Source: Candidatus Omnitrophota bacterium
Lineage (GTDB): Bacteria; Omnitrophota; Omnitrophia; Omnitrophales; Aquincolibacteriaceae
Assembly: GCA_023247035.1 (NCBI GenBank)
Contig: JAHFHG010000002.1
Coordinates: forward strand, 12,090 to 76,089
Direction of reading: 5' to 3'
DNA length: 64,000 bases
In this document: piece after piece, positions 28,335-36,841 of the stretch
How positions within the stretch are numbered: position 1 is the first letter of the stretch
How the letters are laid out: every line of letters begins with the position of its first letter
The notes under the pieces: model-generated
The model's database searches: none
What the model was told of the DNA's origin: nothing
What the model saw: only the letters and a program-made list of their open reading frames with translations
Position numbers and translations under genes: made by a program

Positions 28335-29378
28335 ATGGAAAATTTGCCGCAGGTTTCCGTTCATGAGTTCAATGACCGTCTCCGCGCCCGCGCAAAAGAG
28401 CTGCGGATCCCGTTTCAGGCCTCGCTGGAATTGACCTATGCCTGCAACTTTCGCTGCGTCCATTGTTTTAATCCGCACCACGAATCGAAGGACGACCTTG
28501 GAACCGAATTTTGGAAATCCGTTCTTGGCCAGCTTGCCGGCGAGGGCTGTCTCGTCGCGCTTTTTACCGGCGGCGAGCCGCTCGTGCGCAAAGATCTTTT
28601 TGATCTGCTCGCTCACGCCCGCAATTTGGGAATGCAGTGTATTCTCAACACCAACGGCCTTCTGCTCGATCCGGAAAAAATCCAGAGGCTCGAGGAATCG
28701 GGTCTGACCTTGCTGGCGGTTTCCGTTTTCGGGATGAGCGTTCAAAGTTACGAATCGGTGACCCGCATCCCCGGATCGTTCGCGCGCTTTTTGCTCCACG
28801 TGGAGCAGCTCAGGCGGTCCCGAATCCCGCTCCTTTTTAAAATGCCGGTGATGCAAATGAATTACCAGGAAGTGGAATACGCCAAGGATTGGTTTTCAAG
28901 CCGGGGACTTCTCCTCAAACACACTTCGGAGATCCAGCCTCGCGCGGACGGCGATCCGGAACCTTTGCAGCACCGTATTTCAAGCGCCCAAGCAGCGGAT
29001 TTGAGATTCCGTTACGAAGAAGATTTAGGATGCGGAAAACGAAGCCCCCGGAAAGATGAATTTTTTGATTGCCAATGCGGGAAAAGCGCGGTCGCCATTA
29101 CCCCGCGCGGCGAAATGAATCTGTGCGTCTCTTTCCATTATCCGCGCCACTCGCTTTTAAAAGGAAGTGTCCGGGAGGGCTGGAAAAGGCTTGTGGATTT
29201 TGCGGCAGATTTCAAACCCTCCGAAAAATACGAGTGCCCGGGCTGCCGGTTGTCTCCTTACTGCTCGCGCGGCGCAATGGATTCGTGGCTGAATACGGGC
29301 GATTTCAATCCGTGCGTCCCTTACTTTAAGGAAGTCGCAGGCCGGATTGAAGGCGCCCTGAAAAAAAGGAGTGAATGA
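28335..29378 (+). CDS. Radical SAM enzyme with a C-terminal SPASM domain (peptide-modifying maturase class)
   Basis: TYACNFRCVHCFN (CxxxCxxC) near the N-terminus. C-terminal CQCG...CPGCRLSPYC auxiliary-cluster Cys pattern. Confidence 0.8.
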   Translation: MENLPQVSVHEFNDRLRARAKELRIPFQASLELTYACNFRCVHCFNPHHESKDDLGTEFWKSVLGQLAGEGCLVALFTGGEPLVRKDLFDLLAHARNLGMQCILNTNGLLLDPEKIQRLEESGLTLLAVSVFGMSVQSYESVTRIPGSFARFLLHVEQLRRSRIPLLFKMPVMQMNYQEVEYAKDWFSSRGLLLKHTSEIQPRADGDPEPLQHRISSAQAADLRFRYEEDLGCGKRSPRKDEFFDCQCGKSAVAITPRGEMNLCVSFHYPRHSLLKGSVREGWKRLVDFAADFKPSEKYECPGCRLSPYCSRGAMDSWLNTGDFNPCVPYFKEVAGRIEGALKKRSE

Positions 29379-29385
29379 AGAAAGT

Positions 29386-29850
29386 TTAGGGCGGGCTTCC
29401 GGAATGCAATCGCCTTAAAATCCGCGAAGGCGCGTCGAGAAACCAGGGATTGGTCGGTGAAAGGAGGGCCTGCCAAAAGCGAAGAAGGAACGGCCGTTTT
29501 TCCAGGTCGAAAATTTTTTCTCCTCTTTGAACCTGCGTGATCTTTCCCACCAGCGGAGAAATTCCGGCGCGTCCTTTGAAGAAAGGGACAAAACAGGTGT
29601 TCGCATGAAAATTTTCACCGGATATTTTTCTCACCGCGACATCGCCGAATCGAAGGCTCGATTCGTCTGTTTTCTTGATCGTAACGAGGTCGCCCCGGCG
29701 CACCACCGGCCACATGCAATTTCCAAAGAGTTTCATTTGAACGGAGCCGGAAAATTCCAATTCCGAAAGAAGAATCGAGGCCTGCAGGGGTTGGGAAAGG
29801 GCCTTTTCTTCAAGAGGCGGATTAAGGGACGGCACGGCCAAATTTAGCAC
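29386..29850 (-). CDS. S24/S26-like (LexA/signal-peptidase fold) peptidase with Cys in place of the nucleophile Ser
   Basis: GNCMWPVVRRGDLVTIKK ... FGDVAVRKI mirrors G(D/N)SMxP...GDlvlV...GDivVaK of S24 peptidases. Convergent with the rSAM gene, gap 8 nt. Confidence 0.5.
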   Translation of the reverse strand: MLNLAVPSLNPPLEEKALSQPLQASILLSELEFSGSVQMKLFGNCMWPVVRRGDLVTIKKTDESSLRFGDVAVRKISGENFHANTCFVPFFKGRAGISPLVGKITQVQRGEKIFDLEKRPFLLRFWQALLSPTNPWFLDAPSRILRRLHSGSPP

Positions 29851-30020
29851 GGCGGAGCCGGCTTCCGCAACGGATCTTTTGCCTTCGCCGGATTTTCAAT
29901 TCTTTCTAACATTCAGGATCATTTTCAGTCTTCGGCTCAAAAGCGCATTCTGCGCATTTGATCTTACAAAACGAACCGCTATAATTAATGAAACACGGGC
30001 GGCAGGAAATCGAACCCTTC

Positions 30021-33000
30021 ATGAAAACCATCTCTTTATTCCAGAAACCCAGCGCGATTTTTTTAATCTTTTCTTTAAGCCTTTCCCAAAGTCCCTCGTA
30101 TGCCGCTGCCGCGCCGGCGCCTCCGCTGGCGGTTTCTGAGCGCTCCCGGGCGCTTCTTTTTCTTCCCGAAGAACTTGGCGAGATCGAAGAATCCTTTCAG
30201 GGATCGAACGGAAAAACCGTGATCTTCATTCAAGACGCCCACGATTCCCTCGAAGCGCAGGAAAATATCGCCAAGACTATTCAATACCTGGTGGACAAGT
30301 ACGGGGTGAAGACTGTTTTTGAAGAAGGCTATGAAGGTCCTGTTCCCACGGATGATTATTTCGGCTTCATCAAAGATCCGTCCGTCAAAGAGAAAGTTTC
30401 TTACTTTTTATTAGATAAACTCCGCCTCGGCGGCGCGGAATACGCACACATCAACCGCTTTCACAACTTGTCATTCCCGCACGCGTTAAGCGGGAATCCA
30501 AATTTTAGGTCCCCGATAGAAACATTCGGGGACGACAAAAAACGTGTCGATTTCAAACTGATTGGGGCAGACAATATAAAGTTACATCTTGAGAATATCG
30601 ATTGGTATCGCCAGAATGCCAAGCATAAAGAAGAAACTGGAAGAGATTTGACTATTCTGCAAAATGAAATCGACAAACTTGCCAACCGGTATTTTCCTAA
30701 GGAACTCAAAGAATGGATGAAGCTTAAGAAAAGGTTTGATGAGAAACAAATTGATCTTTTGGATTATTTAAAGCGGACAATACAAGTCCCTCATCGAGAA
30801 TCCATAGACCATAAACTTTACCCCAATCTTTCGCTTCTCCTTCAAGCAGAACACACTCAAGACAAAGAAGTCCTAGAGAAAGTGAAAACCATTGAAGCCA
30901 AGATTCTTTTCGAGGAAATCGATTCGTTGGAAAACGCCGCCGCCGGCCCATTCCTACAAAATGGAACAGACCGGAAAATCTTCCAATATTACAAAGGAAT
31001 AAATCTTCTCAAAAGACTCAACGAGATTGAGATTACGCCCGCTGAATATGAGGCGGTCAAAGCGCAGCTTCAACATCTCAGCACCCAGGAACTGGCCCAA
31101 TTTATTGTCCAGCAAACGAATAAATCCATCGTCCTTTCCAAACGATGGGAGGAAAATATTGAAAGCGCCATTCGGTTTTATCAAATCTCACGAGCCAGAG
31201 ATTCTGCGATTGCCGAGCGACTGAATGATTTTCTTAAAAATCATGATGAAAAAGTGGCTGTCCTTGTCTTTGGAGGATTTCATAAAGAGAGGATTACAGA
31301 ATTGTTGAGAAAGAAAGGACTCCCTTACTATATAGTTTCTCCTCGAATAATGAACGTCGACAATAAGCATAAGGAACTCTACGCGCATTTAATGACAAAG
31401 GGATATTCGCTTTTCCCCGTTGCGGCAAATGTTGCTAAGGCAGCGCGTTTAGCAGGAGAGATCGAGCTCGCGGAAATGGGCGGCCAGAACGCAAAGTCAG
31501 AACTCCGAGCGTACCATGCGGCAATCACTAACATTGTTTCTTCATTGGTCTCCAATCGACCCAATCAAACATCTCGAGAACTGCTCGATCGTTTGATTAA
31601 CGGACGATTGATACACGAAGTTCTAAAAGTATCCAAACAAGCAATGGGAAAACGCCGATCCGAACTAAGAAGTAAAGAATCGGATTTTGCTTTAAGAGAA
31701 AAACGCCGTGATTATCTCAAGCGGCTAATGAATCAAGAAAATAAGCAATGGACGTTGGATGAGTTAGCAAACGCTACAGGTCAATCAACAGGACAGATTG
31801 TTAAGGATTTGCGATATTTGAATCTTTTTAAGCCCTCAAATCACCTAAATTTAGATGCCGAACGCATAGACCGAAGAAGACAGTGGGGATTACCAGATTA
31901 TTCTGACCTCGATAAGCTTTTACCTCGCTTGGATGAAGAATTTGCATATCTTCATGGAGAGGCTCTTTTTAATTTTTTAGCTCAAAAAGGCCGCGAGAAT
32001 GACCCCGTAAGCATGGAAGCGGCTATTTACGGCTTCTATAAATTTGTTGGAGAAAAAACCCCCGGTAATATTTCAGAACGAGGGCGATTGCTTGGTGAAC
32101 GCATTTATCACTATCTGAGGTTAAGAGAAAGTATGCCTTCTGACGGCCTGCGTCGAAATCCAGATGTTGAGTTCGATATTGGTATGGCAGAAAAAAGGAA
32201 GCGGGAGTCACGGCTTCCAAAATTTGGAAATATAAAAACAAGGAGGCCGAAGAAGAAAGTTTCTTTTTCGGAAGCACAGCAAATTATGGAAGAAAAAAAT
32301 TTACATTTAGATCAATCAATCGCATTCGTTGCGTTGTCCACGGCAGAAAATGAAACTTTATTTCGAGCGCTTAAATCAAGCGAATTGGAAGAGTCCGAGC
32401 GAAGACAAATTTATGATTATTTGATTCAGAAGCATGTAGGGTTTGTCGGCTGGTGGATCAAACATAAGATGCCGCCTTGGTATTTTGAACATTTTAACTT
32501 CGAAGAACTTTTAGCTTTTGGCCAAATTGGCCTTATGAAAACGATTGAAAGATATGATTTCAAAATGGGGCGGCGCTTTACCAGTTATGCCGAATGGTGG
32601 ATTCGCCATTCTATCCAACGCTCCATAGAGAAAAAAACACATAAATCTTTAAATGTCAGGCGTGATGAGGATAGCCCGGAGTGGATTGATACTTTGTCGG
32701 ATTCAAAAGATCAATCGGAAGAAGAATTATGGCCGGAACTATTTTCCAGTCTTAGGCATCTCGATAGTCGGTCTCGCATTATGTTGAGCTTGCGTTACGG
32801 GATTGGATCAGTAAGAACATACAATCTTCGAGAAATTGGCTTAATGTTTGGTGTAACTCACGAGCGTGTTAGACAAATTACAGAAAGAGCAGTTGAAAAG
32901 TTAAAACGCTTGGTTGGAAAAGTAACGGTTGATGATTCTTCTCAAGACCATACCGATGTTTTTTTATTCGAGGCTATGGAGTTAGAGCCAGAGAATCCAC

Positions 33001-36000
33001 TTTTCAAGCCACTAAGCCATCTCGGAGTTAAAAAGCTTGACCGGATTCGAGAAGTTCTTTCAAAAGAAAATCGCTTCAACTCGGAAATGCTGATGAGGAT
33101 TTTTAGGTCACGCGGCCAGTATGTGATAGCTCCATCGAAATATTTATGGGGTCTGCCTGCGGGTTTGCTTGAAACCGGCGGTGACACTTCCCATCATTTT
33201 GGATCGTGGAATGAAGAAGGTGGAAGACATAACATAGATTTACAAAAACCCAAAAAGATTCATTTTTCCAACGCACTCACAACCACAACCGAAATCATAA
33301 AAAGGTATCCTTATGCTCGGTATCTACTGCCTCCTGAAGAACAACTATTGCTGGCCTCTCAGGCTCAAGGAGAAAGGAGCCGATTCTATGCTTTGGGTAA
33401 GACATTGCAGTGGATTGGACTTTCTCCGCAAGATTTTATTATTTGGCTTGTTGAAAATAAAAAATATTTAGATCAAGAAATCGTTGATTTTATCGCACAA
33501 TCACCACTTTCTAAACGTCCTCGATACGAGCTAACGGCATCCCGCACAGGTGAGCATCTTCATGGGTCTTTACCAAGACCACGTACTGACCGAAAGATTG
33601 CAACGAAATGGATTTCAACTGAAGAAACCAGCTACACGCTAATCACACCTGCTGAATTGGCGGACCGCTTCCCTTCTGCCGAACCCTTCTTGGATAAACT
33701 CGAACCTCAATTACTTCTTGAGGCGGATTCGTCCGAGCATGATGAAATTAAATACTATTCTTTTGTTGAAGATGGACATCATACAAAAATTCTAATAAGG
33801 ATCAATAAAAGAACCGGCGAAATCCAAAGTCCTCATGATGGCCCAATCGGTTTTAGAAAGGAAATTTTGGATTTTGTAAGAAAAGGTGAGTTTGGCAATA
33901 AGCAAAAGCCTCCTGTTACCGCGCCTTTTGAAATGCACGCCGGATCACGGCATTTTATTTATTTCGGAACGATGGGGAAAGGTTCCATTGGCTTGAGTAT
34001 GAAGGGAGTGAAACCTAACACGCGTGTATCAGGAAGCGCTGTTCATTTGGAGCATGCTCCTCTTGGAATGGGGCCGCAATGGCTTTTAAGACTCACTGTT
34101 CATTTGAAAAGACCAAGAGTTGTTTATGCGAGATTCAAACGCTCTGGAACCCGCTTAGGTTTATTTAAAAAATCCCCTCAAACTTATATCGGAGCTTTTG
34201 TCAAACTTGGGAAATGGAATCAGGAAAAAATCCAGCCATTCCCTGAAAATGAAATCGAAATTACCGCGAGTTCCAAAGGACGTTTGGAACTTGGAAGCAA
34301 TGGCGATGGAGAGCGGATTGTTATTCACTTACCACTTTTACCCAAAGATCATAAAGTTTTAATTCGAAAAGTCCGCAATCAAGAAGATGGACAACAGCTC
34401 TTGGTCGTTCATACCCGCAATCCTGCTTATCGATATAGAAAATTTTATTATCGATTCACGAATCGTGGCTATCACACCCGAAGATACCACGAGGAAGTAA
34501 AGGACATAAGTCCCACGGCTAGAAGGAAGCTTAGCTATGAAGAAATTGCAAAGGCACAAGAAGATTTGAGAAGCCGAGAAGGAGCAGAGGCAAACTTATG
34601 GCGCGATCCCGAAAAGATTGCTTATGAGCTTGACCTATTCGACGCTTATTATCTTGTTTCGGAAGTTCAAAGAATAAACGCTTCTTTAGTTGCTCAAGAC
34701 ACAGCTAATTTGCCGCCTCTCGAAATAGACACCTCAAAGATTGTTGAGCTGCCGACTCCGGCTTACGATCAAGTAGGAGACGTTTATCATGCTGTTCCAG
34801 AATCTTCTGAGCGACCGGAGAAATCCGAGAAACCAGTCAAACCTAAACCATTATCCCCTTTAAGACTTGCTCAAAAAAGATTGGAAGAAGCTGAAAAAAA
34901 AACATTAGCTGAACGTTTGAAGGTTGGCTTTCGAGATGTGGGAGAAAGCGGTCGGTTTTTAGATTTGGGCGCAGGAAAGGGTGATTTAACCGCTGAACTT
35001 GCTGGACAATTTCAAGGTGGGGTTGCAGTCGAAATAAATGAAGATCGAGTCGAGCAGCTACGGCAGAGAAAAATTCCAAATCTTAATATTTGGGACATGG
35101 ATTTTTTTGATTATATGGAGATGGCGATTAAAGGGAATCAGCTTTTTGATGCGATTCTCATTTCACATGCTCTTTTATTCATTAAATTTGATCGCCGGGA
35201 CGCTTTCTTAAAAGATGTTCTATCAAGACTTAAGCCGAATGGAAAATTAGCGATTATTTTAAATGGCAGTAAAATTGAAGAGAGAAACCAAGTTCAGTTG
35301 CGAGCAAAGCTCATGAGAAAGCATGAGGCGCTAGCAGGAGACAACCCATCAACCAATATTGAAAGCAAACTGCGACAAATCGGCTATGGGGTACAAACCG
35401 AAAGAGTCAGAATCATTCATGAGACTCCTTCCAGAGACGAAATGATTTCTATTGTAAAAGCAATATTGCCACGCGAAGACCGTTTTCGTCTGTCGAATAT
35501 CACTGGATTTGTCGATTCAGTCCTGAAATTACCTGGAGAAGAAAAGTACCGCCTCTATGTTGATCAAGATATTTTATGGATAACACATCCTCGTTCTGAG
35601 GTTAGAAAGCAAGAAAATGTATTTGCAATGGTGTCTGTCAACGATTGGCAAAACTTTAATCGAACTAATCAGAATACCGAGGCTACGGCCACCAAAGCCG
35701 TCGTTTTTATAGATGGTTCCGTCGATAGCAAAGATGCCAAGCAGCGGGCGGAAGAATTAGCGGTGCTGGCCGCAGGTAATCCGAACCGAACGATTGTGGT
35801 TTATAATGCGGACAAAGTTTTTAAAAATAAAGGCGGTGAAATGGCGGAACTTTTAAAGTCGTTTGGTCTCGCCAATGTCAAGTTCGCTGCGGGTGAGTTG
35901 TCCGAAGCCCTCAAGCCCTACCAATTCCGGGATCAAGTTGATTTGGTGCACTACTCGGCAAGCGAAGAGGAGGCTGTTTTTGTTCAAGCCTCCGTTGGGA

Positions 36001-36209
36001 AATGGCTGGCGCAAAAACTGACCCGATTTGTCGGAGGGCCCGGCGCCTTAGGATACGGAATAAAATATTTGCAGGCTGTGAAATTGGGCAAGCCTGTGGA
36101 AGGTATCACGCCCGAGAACGGCTACTACGCCGTTTCCCCAGGCGCTTCGGAGTGGATGCGAAGCCTTTATCGAGCTCGGTTCGCGACCGTTTTCGCTCAA
36201 GCGGCGTGA
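30021..36209 (+). CDS. Giant multidomain protein (about 2060 aa): signal-peptide-like N-terminus, TraB/GumN/TIKI-like domain, sigma-70 region 2 plus region 4 module, central unknown region, class I SAM-methyltransferase motif, unknown C-terminus
   Basis: Uninterrupted 6.2 kb frame in AT-rich DNA. Motifs IFIQDAHDS...VLVFGGFHKERITELLRKKGLPYYIV; GQIGLMKTIERYDFKMGRRFTSYAEWWIRHSIQRSI; LREIGLMFGVTHERVRQITERAVEKL; FLDLGAGKGDLT. Confidence 0.7.
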   Translation: MKTISLFQKPSAIFLIFSLSLSQSPSYAAAAPAPPLAVSERSRALLFLPEELGEIEESFQGSNGKTVIFIQDAHDSLEAQENIAKTIQYLVDKYGVKTVFEEGYEGPVPTDDYFGFIKDPSVKEKVSYFLLDKLRLGGAEYAHINRFHNLSFPHALSGNPNFRSPIETFGDDKKRVDFKLIGADNIKLHLENIDWYRQNAKHKEETGRDLTILQNEIDKLANRYFPKELKEWMKLKKRFDEKQIDLLDYLKRTIQVPHRESIDHKLYPNLSLLLQAEHTQDKEVLEKVKTIEAKILFEEIDSLENAAAGPFLQNGTDRKIFQYYKGINLLKRLNEIEITPAEYEAVKAQLQHLSTQELAQFIVQQTNKSIVLSKRWEENIESAIRFYQISRARDSAIAERLNDFLKNHDEKVAVLVFGGFHKERITELLRKKGLPYYIVSPRIMNVDNKHKELYAHLMTKGYSLFPVAANVAKAARLAGEIELAEMGGQNAKSELRAYHAAITNIVSSLVSNRPNQTSRELLDRLINGRLIHEVLKVSKQAMGKRRSELRSKESDFALREKRRDYLKRLMNQENKQWTLDELANATGQSTGQIVKDLRYLNLFKPSNHLNLDAERIDRRRQWGLPDYSDLDKLLPRLDEEFAYLHGEALFNFLAQKGRENDPVSMEAAIYGFYKFVGEKTPGNISERGRLLGERIYHYLRLRESMPSDGLRRNPDVEFDIGMAEKRKRESRLPKFGNIKTRRPKKKVSFSEAQQIMEEKNLHLDQSIAFVALSTAENETLFRALKSSELEESERRQIYDYLIQKHVGFVGWWIKHKMPPWYFEHFNFEELLAFGQIGLMKTIERYDFKMGRRFTSYAEWWIRHSIQRSIEKKTHKSLNVRRDEDSPEWIDTLSDSKDQSEEELWPELFSSLRHLDSRSRIMLSLRYGIGSVRTYNLREIGLMFGVTHERVRQITERAVEKLKRLVGKVTVDDSSQDHTDVFLFEAMELEPENPLFKPLSHLGVKKLDRIREVLSKENRFNSEMLMRIFRSRGQYVIAPSKYLWGLPAGLLETGGDTSHHFGSWNEEGGRHNIDLQKPKKIHFSNALTTTTEIIKRYPYARYLLPPEEQLLLASQAQGERSRFYALGKTLQWIGLSPQDFIIWLVENKKYLDQEIVDFIAQSPLSKRPRYELTASRTGEHLHGSLPRPRTDRKIATKWISTEETSYTLITPAELADRFPSAEPFLDKLEPQLLLEADSSEHDEIKYYSFVEDGHHTKILIRINKRTGEIQSPHDGPIGFRKEILDFVRKGEFGNKQKPPVTAPFEMHAGSRHFIYFGTMGKGSIGLSMKGVKPNTRVSGSAVHLEHAPLGMGPQWLLRLTVHLKRPRVVYARFKRSGTRLGLFKKSPQTYIGAFVKLGKWNQEKIQPFPENEIEITASSKGRLELGSNGDGERIVIHLPLLPKDHKVLIRKVRNQEDGQQLLVVHTRNPAYRYRKFYYRFTNRGYHTRRYHEEVKDISPTARRKLSYEEIAKAQEDLRSREGAEANLWRDPEKIAYELDLFDAYYLVSEVQRINASLVAQDTANLPPLEIDTSKIVELPTPAYDQVGDVYHAVPESSERPEKSEKPVKPKPLSPLRLAQKRLEEAEKKTLAERLKVGFRDVGESGRFLDLGAGKGDLTAELAGQFQGGVAVEINEDRVEQLRQRKIPNLNIWDMDFFDYMEMAIKGNQLFDAILISHALLFIKFDRRDAFLKDVLSRLKPNGKLAIILNGSKIEERNQVQLRAKLMRKHEALAGDNPSTNIESKLRQIGYGVQTERVRIIHETPSRDEMISIVKAILPREDRFRLSNITGFVDSVLKLPGEEKYRLYVDQDILWITHPRSEVRKQENVFAMVSVNDWQNFNRTNQNTEATATKAVVFIDGSVDSKDAKQRAEELAVLAAGNPNRTIVVYNADKVFKNKGGEMAELLKSFGLANVKFAAGELSEALKPYQFRDQVDLVHYSASEEEAVFVQASVGKWLAQKLTRFVGGPGALGYGIKYLQAVKLGKPVEGITPENGYYAVSPGASEWMRSLYRARFATVFAQAA
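30470..30536. repeat. Second copy of the double-hairpin unit, located inside the coding sequence of the giant ORF (read through in frame)
   Basis: TTGTCATTCCCGC...GCGGGAATCC...GTCCCCGATAGAAACATTCGGGGACGAC aligns with 14389-14445. Confidence 0.5.
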
Positions 36210-36270
36210 GGAGTTCAATCGAGAAAAAAAGTTTTGAATTCGGAATGCGTGTTCAGAATCGCGGCCGTAT

Positions 36271-36696
36271 CTAATTCAACTTCACGACGTCGCTGACGCG
36301 GTCGCGGTGAATCTTCACAATGAAGGCCCCTGCGGCGAGGCGAGGCTCGATCGTGCGTTCCGTGATTTTATCCACGTAGGGAAGATACCCTTTGTAGTAA
36401 ACAAAATACCAGTCCTGCGAAACGTTCTGCTCAATCGTGCGGATTTCCTGCGGCTGCCCCAAAAGACTCAGGACCTCGTTAGCGCTTTTGCCTTTGAGGA
36501 ACAACTTTCCATTGGCGATGATCCGCCGGTTGGTCATTTGATCCCTGCCGAACTGGTCGCCTCCCTTGAAAAAGGTGTAGGGCTTCTCCTGCAGGGGCTG
36601 CCAAATCCCGATGCCCGCGCAGCCGCTTAAAAATAAAACAAAACAAAAAAGCAAAAGGGAATGCAGAACTTGTAGATTCGAAATTGGGGTCTTCAT
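36271..36696 (-). CDS. Small lipoprotein, hypothetical
   Basis: Lipobox LFLSGCAG after a hydrophobic signal. Confidence 0.5.
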   Translation of the reverse strand: MKTPISNLQVLHSLLLFCFVLFLSGCAGIGIWQPLQEKPYTFFKGGDQFGRDQMTNRRIIANGKLFLKGKSANEVLSLLGQPQEIRTIEQNVSQDWYFVYYKGYLPYVDKITERTIEPRLAAGAFIVKIHRDRVSDVVKLN

Positions 36697-36841
36697 TTTT
36701 ACTGCTAAGCATATCGGCGTTTTTGAGGAGGCCTTAAATCAGATCCCGCGCCCCAGCCGTCCGTTTATTCTGCTAGACGCTTGCCTGAGGCGCTTGATAT
36801 GATTGATCCTTGAACATTCAAGGATCGCTTCAGAGAGGCCT

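Noticed and set aside
29995-30025. GGCAGGAAATCGAACCC resembling a tRNA T-arm
   Set aside because: No acceptor or anticodon arms can be built around it on either strand. It lies in the leader and start of the giant ORF.
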